This document shows, one piece after another, positions 46,857-56,395 of a DNA stretch of 64,000 bases; the first letter of the stretch is position 1; each line of letters opens with the position of its first letter. A program made the translations under genes and the position numbers. This DNA is from Terriglobia bacterium (GTDB lineage Bacteria > Acidobacteriota > Terriglobia > JAJPHL01 > JAPKYU01): positions 1,440,001 to 1,504,000 of the forward strand of contig CBDBKE010000004.1 in NCBI GenBank assembly GCA_965206645.1. Direction: 5' to 3'. Below the pieces are notes generated by a model. That model did no database searches. It had not been told where the DNA came from and saw only the letters and a program-made list of their open reading frames with translations.

Positions 46857-48304
46857 TCCAGCGCGGCCAGCTCGTCGCGGCGTCGCCGCTGCATCAGCGC
46901 GTAGTAGGCGGCGAAGGCCACGCCAAAGCTGATGAACCAGGAGCAGTCGTAAAGGAAGCGCAGGGGAGGCACCAGCAGCCCAAGAAGCGCCGTAGCGGCG
47001 CCCAGGACGAGGGCAGCGATGGACCGTCCATTGAATCCACGGGAAAACTCATAGAAGCCGCCACGGATGTAAAGTTCGTCCACCAGCAGGACCTTGCGGC
47101 GCAGGAGGAAGTAATCGCAGATCATAATTGCTGCCACGGGGCCCAGCACCGCGGCATAGCCGCCCAGCCAGCCAAAGATGTAGCTCTGGTAGTCCGTCAG
47201 AAGCTTCCAGGGCATCATGGCCGCACCCACGAAGCAGGTGATGGCGCCCCCGGTCCTGAAGCTGATGCGGCGGGGCCAGAGATTGGAGAAAGCGTTGGCC
47301 GGGGCCACCACGTTGGTTCCCAGGTTGACGTTCAACGTCGCCAGTAGGACGGCAAGCAGCGCGAGCACCACAACGACCGGCGACCCAAAGCGGCTCAAGA
47401 GCTCGACCGGATCCCAGATGGCCTGGCCAAAGACCACCACGCTGGCTGAGGTCACCGCTACCCCGATGAACGAGTACAACGTCATGGTGGCTGGCAGGGC
47501 CAAGGCCTGGCCGAGCATCTGCTGGCGCTGGTTGCGGGCGAAGCGGGTGAAATCGGGAATGTTCAGCGACACGGTAGCCCAGAAGCCCACCGCGCCGTTT
47601 AACACAGGCACAAAAAACCCTACAAACTCGCCGAAGGTCGCAAAGCGGGAGGGCGCGGCCAGCAGCGGCCCAAAACCGCCTGCGGTGGTGTAGGCCCAAC
47701 CCAGCAGCAGCAAGCCCACCCCCAGCAGGAATGGCGCGCTGACGCCTTGCAGGAAACGGACGGCTTCGATGCCTCTAACAATGAAGACTAAGTTGATCAA
47801 CCAGAAGGCGGCGAAGCAAATGGCGGCGCCGTGGGGCACGTGTTTCCACGAGGGCCACAGCGTCATCAGCAACGTGTTGATCGCCTGACCGCCGATCCAG
47901 ATCTGGATGCCGAACCAGCCACAGGCCACCAGCGCCCGCAGCAGTGCTGGAATGTTGGCGCCCAGCACGCCGAAGGAGGCCCGGGCCAGCACAGGGAACG
48001 GGATGCCGTAGCGGGCGCCAGGGTGCGAATTCAAAAGCATCGGCACCAGTACGATGCTGTTGCCGAGGAAGATGGTGGCCACTGCCTGCCCCCAGCTCAT
48101 CCCGCCCTGGATGTAGCCGGCGGCCAGCATATAGGTGAGAATGTTGACCGACATGGAGACCCACAGGGCAGCGTAGTTGTAGGTACTCCAGGTGCGGCGC
48201 TCGGGCGGGACCGGCGCCAAGTCGGGGTTGTAGAGTGATCCGGGATGCGACCGGTAGTTGGCAGTAGGCGGTAGGCGGTGGGCAGCAGGCAACAACTCGA
48301 CCAT
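46850..48304 (-). CDS. NCS1-family nucleobase:cation symporter (uracil/allantoin-like)
   Basis: LYNPDLAP..RRTW, YGIPFPV..RASFG, ACGWFGIQ, LNIPDFTR, PWKL and DYFLLR; ATG overlaps the upstream TGA. Confidence 0.9.
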   Translation of the reverse strand: MVELLPAAHRLPPTANYRSHPGSLYNPDLAPVPPERRTWSTYNYAALWVSMSVNILTYMLAAGYIQGGMSWGQAVATIFLGNSIVLVPMLLNSHPGARYGIPFPVLARASFGVLGANIPALLRALVACGWFGIQIWIGGQAINTLLMTLWPSWKHVPHGAAICFAAFWLINLVFIVRGIEAVRFLQGVSAPFLLGVGLLLLGWAYTTAGGFGPLLAAPSRFATFGEFVGFFVPVLNGAVGFWATVSLNIPDFTRFARNQRQQMLGQALALPATMTLYSFIGVAVTSASVVVFGQAIWDPVELLSRFGSPVVVVLALLAVLLATLNVNLGTNVVAPANAFSNLWPRRISFRTGGAITCFVGAAMMPWKLLTDYQSYIFGWLGGYAAVLGPVAAIMICDYFLLRRKVLLVDELYIRGGFYEFSRGFNGRSIAALVLGAATALLGLLVPPLRFLYDCSWFISFGVAFAAYYALMQRRRRDELAALDQ

Positions 48305-48714
48305 CAGGGCATGAATTTCTTGGGGTCGGTCATCATTTTGCCGAGCATCCTGCCCAATTCTTCGTACCCCGCAACTAATTGCATATGAACCTCCTGCGAC
48401 AAGTACCCGCAATCCCGAGCAAAGTCGAGCCAAACCTGAGTTTCAGTGGCCTCAGCGTCGGCGTCGGCCAACTTGCTAGCAAACATATTCGGATATTGCC
48501 GCTTCCGGTAGCCCTCGGCGATATTGGCGGCAACGCTCCGTGACGAGCGGCGGATCTGATCGGTTAGAGAGTAACGTTCGTCTATTGGGAATGCTTTGGA
48601 CTCATTGAAGATTCGCGTCGCAAGCTTGTACGCCAACTGGTAAACCTTCAGCGCTCTGTGGCCACGCAGCATTCTCGTCGTACTGCGTACCGCCTACTGC
48701 CTACCGCCTACTGT
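48261..48714 (-). mobile_element. Four-helix-bundle gene cassette bounded by inverted heptamer arrays
   Basis: Five GCRGTAG-type units at 48261-48295 and five complementary CTACYGC-type units at 48680-48714 enclose the ORF. Confidence 0.7.
48304..48672 (-). CDS. Four helix bundle protein (23S rRNA intervening-sequence protein / bAvd-like family)
   Basis: LKVYQLAY, FPIDERYSLTDQIRRSSRSVAANIAEG and AEATETQVWL, the diagnostic family motifs. Confidence 0.92.
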   Translation of the reverse strand: MLRGHRALKVYQLAYKLATRIFNESKAFPIDERYSLTDQIRRSSRSVAANIAEGYRKRQYPNMFASKLADADAEATETQVWLDFARDCGYLSQEVHMQLVAGYEELGRMLGKMMTDPKKFMP

Positions 48715-48715
48715 T

Positions 48716-50224
48716 TCAGTAGAAGCTGCTTTCGCGCTTGCGGCCGGTGTAATCCACGTAGACCGCCTTCAGCTCGGTGAAGAAGTCAATGGCCACGCGG
48801 CCCTGCTCGCGAAGGCCAATTCCGGTGCCTTTGATGCCGCCGAAAGGAACATGGGCTTCGCCGCCGGTGGTGGGCGAGTTGATGTGGATGACTCCGGTTT
48901 CGACGCGGTCCACGAAATCGAAGACGCGCGCGACGTCTTGGGTGTAGATGGAGGAGGAGAGGCCGAAAACAACGCCGTTGGCCACTTCCAGCGCCTCGCG
49001 GTAGTCCTTCACCCGGATCACAGAGAGCACCGGGCCGAAGATCTCCTCCTGGGCAATGCGCATCTGCGGGCGGACGTGGTCAAAGACGGTCGGGACGATG
49101 AACCAGCCCCGGTCGTTGGCACCGCCGCGCAGACGGTCGCCGCCGCACAACAGTTTGGCTCCTTCGCCGCGCCCGATTTCCAGGTAGTTGAGCACGGTCT
49201 GGAATTGACTCTCATCCACCGCCGGCCCGACGTCAACGTCTGGCTCAGAGCCGTCGCCCACGCGCAACTTACGGGCTCGTTCCACCACGCGGCCGACGAA
49301 TTCCTCAGCCACCTCCTCGACGACAACCGCCCGGCTAGTGGCCGTGCAGCGCTGGCCGGTGGAGCCGAAGGCGCCCTGCACGGTGCTTTCCACCGCCAGT
49401 TCCAGGTCGGCATCCTCCAACACCACCAGCGGGTTCTTGCCGCCCATCTCACACTGGCAGGGGAGCTGGCGCCGCGCGCCCTGGGCGTAAAGCCGGGTGC
49501 CTATCTCGTTTGAGCCGGTGAAGCTGACCGCCTTCACCGCCGGGTTTTCGACGAGCTCGTCGCCCACCTGGCTGCCCGAGCCTACCACCAGGTTCAGCAC
49601 ACCTGCGGGCAGTCCCGCCTCCACGAAGCACTTCACCAGCTCCATGCCCAGGAACGGTGTGAGGCTGGCGGGCTTGAAAACCACGGTGTTGCCTGCGACC
49701 AGAGCCGGGGCAATCTTCCACGCCGGGATAGCCACTGGAAAATTCCAGGGGGTGATAGCGGCCACCACTCCCAGCGGGTGTTTTACCGTGTAGCAAAAGT
49801 TCTTCGGCAGCTCCGAGGGCAAGGTGTCGCCGATGATGCGGCGGGACTCGCCGGCCATGTATTCCAGCACGTTGATCGCCCGCAAGAGCTCACCCAGAGA
49901 CTCCTTCACCGTCTTGCCTTCTTCACGGGTGAGAGCGCGGGCCAGCTCATCTTTCCGGTCGGTCATGATCTGGGCTGCGCGCGCAACGAACCGCCCGCGC
50001 ACCGGGGCAGGTGTCTCGCGCCAGGCGGGAAACGCCGCGGCTGCCGCCTGGATAGCGGCCTGCGCCTCTTCTCGCGTGGCCAGCGGAATTACGCCCACCA
50101 GATCATCGAAATTGGCGGGATTGCGCCGCTCCAGACTCTTGCCGGACGCAGATTCTTCCCAGCGCCCACCGATGAAATTCTTGGCTCGGGCGACTTCCCG
50201 CTCTTGCTTCGTTAGAACACCCAT
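48716..50224 (-). CDS. NAD(P)-dependent aldehyde dehydrogenase
   Basis: ITPWNFP, FTGS, EMGGKNP, GQRCTA and EEIFGP; AAGGAGG RBS before ATG 50224. Confidence 0.93.
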   Translation of the reverse strand: MGVLTKQEREVARAKNFIGGRWEESASGKSLERRNPANFDDLVGVIPLATREEAQAAIQAAAAAFPAWRETPAPVRGRFVARAAQIMTDRKDELARALTREEGKTVKESLGELLRAINVLEYMAGESRRIIGDTLPSELPKNFCYTVKHPLGVVAAITPWNFPVAIPAWKIAPALVAGNTVVFKPASLTPFLGMELVKCFVEAGLPAGVLNLVVGSGSQVGDELVENPAVKAVSFTGSNEIGTRLYAQGARRQLPCQCEMGGKNPLVVLEDADLELAVESTVQGAFGSTGQRCTATSRAVVVEEVAEEFVGRVVERARKLRVGDGSEPDVDVGPAVDESQFQTVLNYLEIGRGEGAKLLCGGDRLRGGANDRGWFIVPTVFDHVRPQMRIAQEEIFGPVLSVIRVKDYREALEVANGVVFGLSSSIYTQDVARVFDFVDRVETGVIHINSPTTGGEAHVPFGGIKGTGIGLREQGRVAIDFFTELKAVYVDYTGRKRESSFY

Positions 50225-50653
50225 TGCTGCCTCCTTCGCTCGTCGGTGCGTAGGCATCGACAGGCTTCAGCCTACCAGACGGCGCCTCAAATGGTAACGC
50301 TAAGTACCGGTCGCAACCCGGGGCCGGACTGCGGTAAAGGCCTGGTCTCCACGTCGGCCTTTGAGGATGCGCGCGCGCCAGCTGCACCGCGGTCTCGTTG
50401 GCCCCGCTATTGGTAAAGAATCGGTCCCGCTAATGGCAAAGAAATTGCAAGCTCCTGGTAATAGTGCGCCAGAGAGGGAAAAAGCTACGCTTGATGTTTG
50501 CGGTACAGACCTTCCCTGGTCATCGAAAACCGGCCCAATATACCACAGTGGGAGCCAGTGGCCGCGCTGACACACCCGCTGCCCGGCCGAAAGAGCCGAA
50601 AAAGCGGGCGTGCTAGTATAGGAACTGATTTCGGCTTTCGAAAGGGAGACTGG

Positions 50654-52387
50654 ATGCGCTGGAGCCAGCTTTTCATCCCCACCCTGCGGGAAAATCCCGC
50701 AGACGCGGAGATTGCCAGCCACAGGCTGCTGCTGCGCGCCGGCTACATCCGACAGCTGAGCGCCGGCATTTACAGCTATCTCTACCTGGCGCAGCGCTCT
50801 CTGGCCAAGATCGCCCAGATCGTGCGAGAAGAGATGGACCGCATCGGCGCACAGGAGTTCTACCTACCGGCATTGCATCCGGCCGACATCTGGCAGCAAA
50901 CCGGGCGCTGGGAGGAGATGGGCCCAGCGATGTTCCGGCTGAAGGACCGCGGTGACCGGGACCTGTGCCTGGGGATGACCGAGGAAGAGGTGATGACCGA
51001 CATCGCCCGGCGGGAGCTGTGCAGTTACAAGCAGTTGCCGCAAATCTGGTACCAAATCCAGGCCAAGTTCCGCGACGAGCCCCGGCCCCGCTCCGGCCTG
51101 TTGCGCACTCGCCAGTTCACCATGAAAGACTCCTACTCGTTTGACCTCGATGAGGCCGGCCTGGAGGTCAGCTACCAGAAGCACCACGAAGCTTACTGCC
51201 GCGCCTTCGATCGCTGCGGACTGAAGTATAAGGTGGTGGAGGCGCATTCGGGACCGATGGGCGGCAGCCAGTCGCACGAGTTCATGGTGCTGTCCGACGC
51301 CGGGGAGGACCAGTTGGCCGAATGCGGCAGCTGCGGTTACGCGGCCAACCTGGACAAGGCGGTGTCGCGCCTGCCCGCCATCTCCGATGCCGAGGGTCCG
51401 GCGGCCCCGGAACCCTTTGCGACGCCCGAGCAGAAGAGCATCGCTGAGGTTAGCGCCTTTGATGGGAGGCCGGAAGCCGAGCACATCAAGTCGCTGCTCT
51501 TCATCAGCCGCGATGCCCCGGTGATCGCGTTGCTGCGGGGCGACCACGAGCTGAGCGAAATCAAGCTGACCGGTTTGCTGGGGGATCCGCGCATGCGTCC
51601 TGCGCATCCCGAGGAGGTGAGCCAATACACTGGCGCGGGACCCGGCTCAATTGGTCCGGTGGGCCTGACGGGCGTGCGCATCCTGGCTGATACAGCGCTG
51701 GAGGAACGGCGCAACCTGGTGGCTGGCGCCAACCGCGACGGTTACCACCTGCGGGGAGTCACCCCGGGTCGGGATTTTCGAACAGAATTCCACAACCTGC
51801 GGGTGGTTCGCGCGGGCGACCCGTGCGCTCCCTGTGGTAAGCCCCTCCGTGTTTCCCGAGCCATTGAGATCGGGCACATCTTCAAGCTGGGCCGCAAGTA
51901 TTCCGAAAGCATGGGCGCGCGGGTGCTGGACGCTTCCGGACGGGAGATCGTGCTGGTTATGGGTTCCTACGGCATCGGCATCGAGCGCATTCTGGCAGCG
52001 GCCATCGAGCAGAATCACGATGCCGACGGCATGGCCCTGCCCGTCTCCATCACCCCCTTTCACGTGGTGGTCACGCCGGTCAATGCTTCCGACCCGACCC
52101 TGATGGGCATCGCGGAAGAACTCTACAGGGACATCCTGGGAGAGAAACTGGAGGCGGTGCTGGATGACCGCGACGAGCGCCCGGGCGTCAAGTTCAAGGA
52201 CGCCGACCTGATCGGCGTCCCTTTCCGGGTCACGGTAGGGCGCAAGGCACCCGGAGGGTTGGTTGAGGTGCTGCTGCGCTCGACACGAATTAGCACCGAT
52301 GTCAAAATTGCCGAAGCGCCGGCATTCCTGCGCGATGCCTGCAGGAAGCAGTGTATGCGTTCTGAGGCGTGCCAGGAAGCCGGCTAA
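50654..52387 (+). CDS. proS: Proline--tRNA ligase (with editing insertion domain)
   Basis: FIPTLRE, KFRDEPRPR, MKDSYSF, IEIGHIFKLG, MGSYGIG and GVKFKDADLIG. Confidence 0.96.
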   Translation: MRWSQLFIPTLRENPADAEIASHRLLLRAGYIRQLSAGIYSYLYLAQRSLAKIAQIVREEMDRIGAQEFYLPALHPADIWQQTGRWEEMGPAMFRLKDRGDRDLCLGMTEEEVMTDIARRELCSYKQLPQIWYQIQAKFRDEPRPRSGLLRTRQFTMKDSYSFDLDEAGLEVSYQKHHEAYCRAFDRCGLKYKVVEAHSGPMGGSQSHEFMVLSDAGEDQLAECGSCGYAANLDKAVSRLPAISDAEGPAAPEPFATPEQKSIAEVSAFDGRPEAEHIKSLLFISRDAPVIALLRGDHELSEIKLTGLLGDPRMRPAHPEEVSQYTGAGPGSIGPVGLTGVRILADTALEERRNLVAGANRDGYHLRGVTPGRDFRTEFHNLRVVRAGDPCAPCGKPLRVSRAIEIGHIFKLGRKYSESMGARVLDASGREIVLVMGSYGIGIERILAAAIEQNHDADGMALPVSITPFHVVVTPVNASDPTLMGIAEELYRDILGEKLEAVLDDRDERPGVKFKDADLIGVPFRVTVGRKAPGGLVEVLLRSTRISTDVKIAEAPAFLRDACRKQCMRSEACQEAG

Positions 52388-52407
52388 GGCAAAAGAGGGG
52401 TCAACCT

Positions 52408-52779
52408 ATGAGCAAGCAATCTGGAATGGCCACCTTCAAGGCCGTGGTCGCGGTGGCGCTATTTGCGACCGTCGTCTACCTGGGAATCAAGCTGGTGCCT
52501 CCCTGGGTGAACAATTACCAGCTCCAGGACTACATCACCTCGCTAGTCCGCAGGGCCACCTACGGTCAGGGTGTAACTGAAGAAAGTATTCGCAAAGACG
52601 TCCTCAGCAAGACTAAGGAGCTTCGCATGCCGGTGAAGGGCGAGCAGATTAGGGTGGTCAAGAGCACCTACGGGGTGAACATTGACGTGAAGTACAACGT
52701 GGTGGTGAAGACGCCGGCCTACACCTTCAACCTCAAGTTCAACCCGACGGCTGGCAACAAGATGATCACCGCAAAATGA
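52408..52779 (+). CDS. DUF4845-like small membrane-anchored protein with pilin-like N-terminus
   Basis: QSG|MAT hydrophobic helix, LGIKLVPPW..NYQL, C-terminal beta strands. Confidence 0.6.
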   Translation: MSKQSGMATFKAVVAVALFATVVYLGIKLVPPWVNNYQLQDYITSLVRRATYGQGVTEESIRKDVLSKTKELRMPVKGEQIRVVKSTYGVNIDVKYNVVVKTPAYTFNLKFNPTAGNKMITAK

Positions 52780-52865
52780 CGGCCGAGAGCGCGCTTCGGT
52801 TAAGATAAGAAGAGAGCCGGCGAGGGAGACCCAACCAGATCCGGGGCCCCGGTTGCCGGCTGGAA

Positions 52866-55439
52866 GTGAATTTGCGAGTCCACTTTAAGAAAACCCGCCT
52901 GGCCCGCATCTTCCTGCACCCGTTCACCAAGGTAGTGCTGACTCTCGCCCTGCTGTTGACAGTGTGCGGAGCCGCCGTCTTTGGCTACTACTATGTGCTG
53001 TTCGCCAAGCTGATTGACCGGCGGTTAGACGGGGACGTGTTCGCCCGCACCTCGAAAATCCATGCCGCTCCAGAGCTGCTTTTCGTGGGACAGGAAATTC
53101 AGGTTGCCGAGCTGATCAACAAGTTGCGCCGGGCAGGCTACTCCGAGGATGAAAGCAGCACGTTGGGCTGGTACCGGCAGGTGCTGGACGACGTTGAGAT
53201 CCATCCCGGTTCAGACTCCTACTTCCGCGACGAGCCAGCCCGGATCCGCGTGGCCGACGGCAAGGTCCAACGTGTCCTCTATCTGAAGGGCAACATCGAG
53301 CAGCAATTTTACGAACTGGAGCCCGAGCTCATCACCAACCTGTTCGACCGTTCCCGGGCAAAGCGGCGGCTGGTACGGTTTGAAGATTTGCCGCCCCACT
53401 TGGTGAACGCGATCCTGGCCGCTGAAGACAAGAGCTTCTTTCAGCACCCGGGGATTGATTTTCTGCGCGTCCTGAAAGTGGCCTACGAAGACATCCGTAC
53501 CAGGACGCTGGCGCAGGGCGCCAGCACCCTGACCATGCAACTGGCCCGCAGTTTCTTCCTGACGCCCGCGCGCACCTTCAAGCGGAAGATGGCGGAGGTC
53601 ATGATTGCCCTGCAGCTCGAACGGCGGCTTACCAAGCAGCAGATCTTCGAGTTTTACTGCAACCAGATCTACCTGGGACAGCGGGGCAGCTTCAGCCTGC
53701 ACGGGATGGGAGAAGCCTCGCTGGCTTATTTCGGCAAAGACGTGCACCAGCTCACTTTGCCCGAAGTAGCCTTCCTGGCGGGCATTATTCGGGGACCCAA
53801 CCTCTATTCGCCCTACCGCTACGCGGAGCGGGCCACAGAACGGCGGAACCGCATCCTGGATGCTATGGTGCGCAACGGCGCCATCAAGCCCGAGCAGCGC
53901 GACACGGCGGTCGAAGCGCCGCTTGGGGTACTTCCCCTCTACGTGGAAACCAGCAACGCGCCCTACTTCGTGGACCTGGTACGCGAAGAGTTGCTGGCTC
54001 GCTATCCCGAGAAGGAGCTGGTCACCCGCGGCTACCGCGTCTACACCACGCTGGACATGAACCTGCAGCGGGCCGCCGACAAGGCGGTGCGCGAGGGCAT
54101 GCAACTGGTCGACGAGCAGCTCTCGAAACGGAAAACGAAACAGCCCTGGCCGCAGGCCCAGACGGCCCTGGTGGCCATAGACCCGCACACTGGCGACGTC
54201 AAGGCGCTGGTGGGCGGGCGCTTCTACGGGGCCAGCCAGCTCAACCGGGCAGTGGCGCAACGGCAGCCCGGCTCGGTTTTCAAACCCTTCGTGTACGCCA
54301 GCGCCTTCAGCTCTGCCCTGAACGGCTTCCACCCGGTCATCACTCCAGTCACGGTGATTGACGACACCCCGACGACTTTCCTCTACGAGGGCGGTGTTTA
54401 TGAACCGAGCAATTATCGGGCGAAGTTCCATGGCCAGGTCACAGCCCGCAAGGCGCTGGCGCTGTCGCTCAATGTGGCCACGGTAAAGATTGGGGAAATG
54501 ATCGGGTTCGACCGGGTCGCCCAGCTCGCGCGCCAAGCAGGCCTGAAGACTCCCCGGGCGACGCCTTCGGTGGCGCTGGGATCCTATGAGGTGTCGCCGC
54601 TAGACATAGCTGGTGCCTACACCATCTTCGCCAACGGCGGCGTGCGTGTGAATCCGACCCTGGTGCGACTGGTCAAGAGCGACAACGGCGAAGTCATTGA
54701 ACGGGGCCGGAACTGGCAACAAAAGGTTCTGGATCCACGGGTCGCCTACCTAATGACCCAACTGCTGCAGGGCGTCGTCCGATCGGGAACCGGGGCCGGG
54801 GTGCGGAGCCGAGGGTTTCGAGTCCCGGCTGCTGGCAAGACCGGCACGTCTCACGACGGATGGTTCGCCGGATACACCTCCAACTTGCTCTGCATCGTCT
54901 GGGTCGGTTTTGACAACAATCGGGAACTGCCGCTGAGCGGCTCGCGGTCGGCCCTGCCCATCTGGACCGAATTCATGAAACGCGCCGCTTCCCTGCCCCA
55001 GTACCAGGACATGGTCGCCTTCCCCGAGCCGCCGGGCTTGACCTGGCGGGAGGTGGATCCTGTCTCCGGTGAGCTGGCCACGGCCTTCTGCCCTCAGCGC
55101 CGTCCGGAAGTGTTCCTCGAGGATACGCAACCAACCGAAGCTTGCTCACTGCACACGATCCAGAGGGTGTCACGTCCCAGCTTCCTAACCAACCCCTTCG
55201 GAATCGGCGTGCGTCCCCCTGGTCGCCAGCCAGCCCCTGTCCCTTCTCCGCAGCTTGCCCGCCCGCCTGCCTCTGCCCCTCCGGCCAGCAGCGCTCCCAC
55301 CAGCCAGACCTCTCCAGTACTGGATACAGCCGAGCCAAACAAAAAGGAACGCGGTTTCTTTGGCAAAGTTTTCGGGGTTTTCAAAGGCAGCGGCAAGGAT
55401 CGCCCGGACAAAGGGCAGGCAAGCTCCGAAAACCAATAG
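52866..55439 (+). CDS. mrcB: Class A penicillin-binding protein (PBP1b-like)
   Basis: EDKSFFQHPG, QGASTLTMQL and RKMAE (GT51); SVFK, SLN and KTG (transpeptidase); N-terminal UB2H-like segment. Confidence 0.85.
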   Translation: MNLRVHFKKTRLARIFLHPFTKVVLTLALLLTVCGAAVFGYYYVLFAKLIDRRLDGDVFARTSKIHAAPELLFVGQEIQVAELINKLRRAGYSEDESSTLGWYRQVLDDVEIHPGSDSYFRDEPARIRVADGKVQRVLYLKGNIEQQFYELEPELITNLFDRSRAKRRLVRFEDLPPHLVNAILAAEDKSFFQHPGIDFLRVLKVAYEDIRTRTLAQGASTLTMQLARSFFLTPARTFKRKMAEVMIALQLERRLTKQQIFEFYCNQIYLGQRGSFSLHGMGEASLAYFGKDVHQLTLPEVAFLAGIIRGPNLYSPYRYAERATERRNRILDAMVRNGAIKPEQRDTAVEAPLGVLPLYVETSNAPYFVDLVREELLARYPEKELVTRGYRVYTTLDMNLQRAADKAVREGMQLVDEQLSKRKTKQPWPQAQTALVAIDPHTGDVKALVGGRFYGASQLNRAVAQRQPGSVFKPFVYASAFSSALNGFHPVITPVTVIDDTPTTFLYEGGVYEPSNYRAKFHGQVTARKALALSLNVATVKIGEMIGFDRVAQLARQAGLKTPRATPSVALGSYEVSPLDIAGAYTIFANGGVRVNPTLVRLVKSDNGEVIERGRNWQQKVLDPRVAYLMTQLLQGVVRSGTGAGVRSRGFRVPAAGKTGTSHDGWFAGYTSNLLCIVWVGFDNNRELPLSGSRSALPIWTEFMKRAASLPQYQDMVAFPEPPGLTWREVDPVSGELATAFCPQRRPEVFLEDTQPTEACSLHTIQRVSRPSFLTNPFGIGVRPPGRQPAPVPSPQLARPPASAPPASSAPTSQTSPVLDTAEPNKKERGFFGKVFGVFKGSGKDRPDKGQASSENQ

Positions 55440-55517
55440 AAGATTTGGCGTTAGAATAGATTGAAAAGCGCCAAGCGGAAGCGTCACAGCCATTCGCCGC
55501 GCGGCCGGGGTTCGCTT

Positions 55518-56369
55518 ATGACGTGCATAAGCCGGGGTTGGACTTGCATAAGCCGGGGTTGGATTTGCATAAGCCGGGGTTGGATTTGCCTAAGTTGGCT
55601 GAGCTTGTTCGCTCTAGGTGTGGAGACGGTCGGGGCGCAGACGCAAGGCGCTAGCGGGTCGGAACGCCGGGTGCCGGCACAGGCCCAGAGCACCCCGCAA
55701 AAAGCAAAAGCGCCAACCGACGACTTCCGGCCGACCGACGACCTCCGGAAGATCGAGAGATTCGGCGACCTGCAGATGGCCCGCAAGCATTACCGTGGGG
55801 CCATCCCCTACTACGAAAAAACGCTAAGACTGCTGGAACCGAAAATCGCGGTGCTTTACAACAAGATCGGCATCGCCTACCACCAGCAGCTCCAGTTCGA
55901 CCTGGCCAAGAAATACTACGCGATTGCCATCAAGGAGGACAGAACCTACGGGGAGGCCATCAATAATCTGGGGACCGTCTACTACGGCCAGAAGAAGTAC
56001 AAGTCTGCTATCAAACAATACAAGAAGGCGCTGGGAGTGAAGCCCGACTCCGCCGCCATTCATAGCAACCTGGGGACGGCCTACTTCGCGCGGAAAAAAT
56101 ATGACCGGGCCCTGGCTTCCTATCGCAAGGCACTGGAACTAGACCCGGAGGTGTTCGAACGGCGCTCCGCCTACGGGGTCCTGCTCCATGAGCGCGCGGT
56201 GGAAGATCGCGCGCGATTCCACTACTTCCTGGCCAAGACCTACGCGGCCGCCGGCGTGCTGGACCGGGCGTTGCTGCATCTGAGAAAGGCGATGGAAGAT
56301 GGCTTCAAGGATCACGGCCAGATCGCGCGAGATCCAGCCTTTGCGGAGTTGATCACGACCGAACCCTGA
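55518..56369 (+). CDS. Exported TPR protein, C-terminus clipped by IS3
   Basis: TPR repeats (YNKIG, NNLG, SNLG); the stop TGA is the first three bases of the IS terminal repeat; start uncertain. Confidence 0.8.
   Translation: MTCISRGWTCISRGWICISRGWICLSWLSLFALGVETVGAQTQGASGSERRVPAQAQSTPQKAKAPTDDFRPTDDLRKIERFGDLQMARKHYRGAIPYYEKTLRLLEPKIAVLYNKIGIAYHQQLQFDLAKKYYAIAIKEDRTYGEAINNLGTVYYGQKKYKSAIKQYKKALGVKPDSAAIHSNLGTAYFARKKYDRALASYRKALELDPEVFERRSAYGVLLHERAVEDRARFHYFLAKTYAAAGVLDRALLHLRKAMEDGFKDHGQIARDPAFAELITTEP
55524..55594. repeat. 21-bp in-frame tandem repeat, about 3.4 copies (TGCATAAGCCGGGGTTGGAYT)
   Basis: Encodes CISRGWT/CISRGWI in the signal region of the TPR gene. Confidence 0.9.
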
Positions 56370-56395
56370 CCTGCCCCCGGTTGTTGGTCCACTTT

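Noticed and set aside
48305-48433. Extended NCS1 N-terminus from 48433
   Set aside because: Overlaps the four-helix-bundle gene in another frame; the coupled ATG at 48304 is more plausible.
48304-48672. Diversity-generating retroelement (Avd-like gene)
   Set aside because: No reverse transcriptase and no TR/VR pair with adenine-specific mismatches seen in the window.
50300-50653. T-box leader for proS
   Set aside because: No T-box motif or terminator/antiterminator is visible; the region appears to hold divergent promoters only.
55524-55594. 21-bp repeats as a CRISPR array
   Set aside because: The units are contiguous with no unique spacers, are in frame within a CDS, and no cas genes are present.
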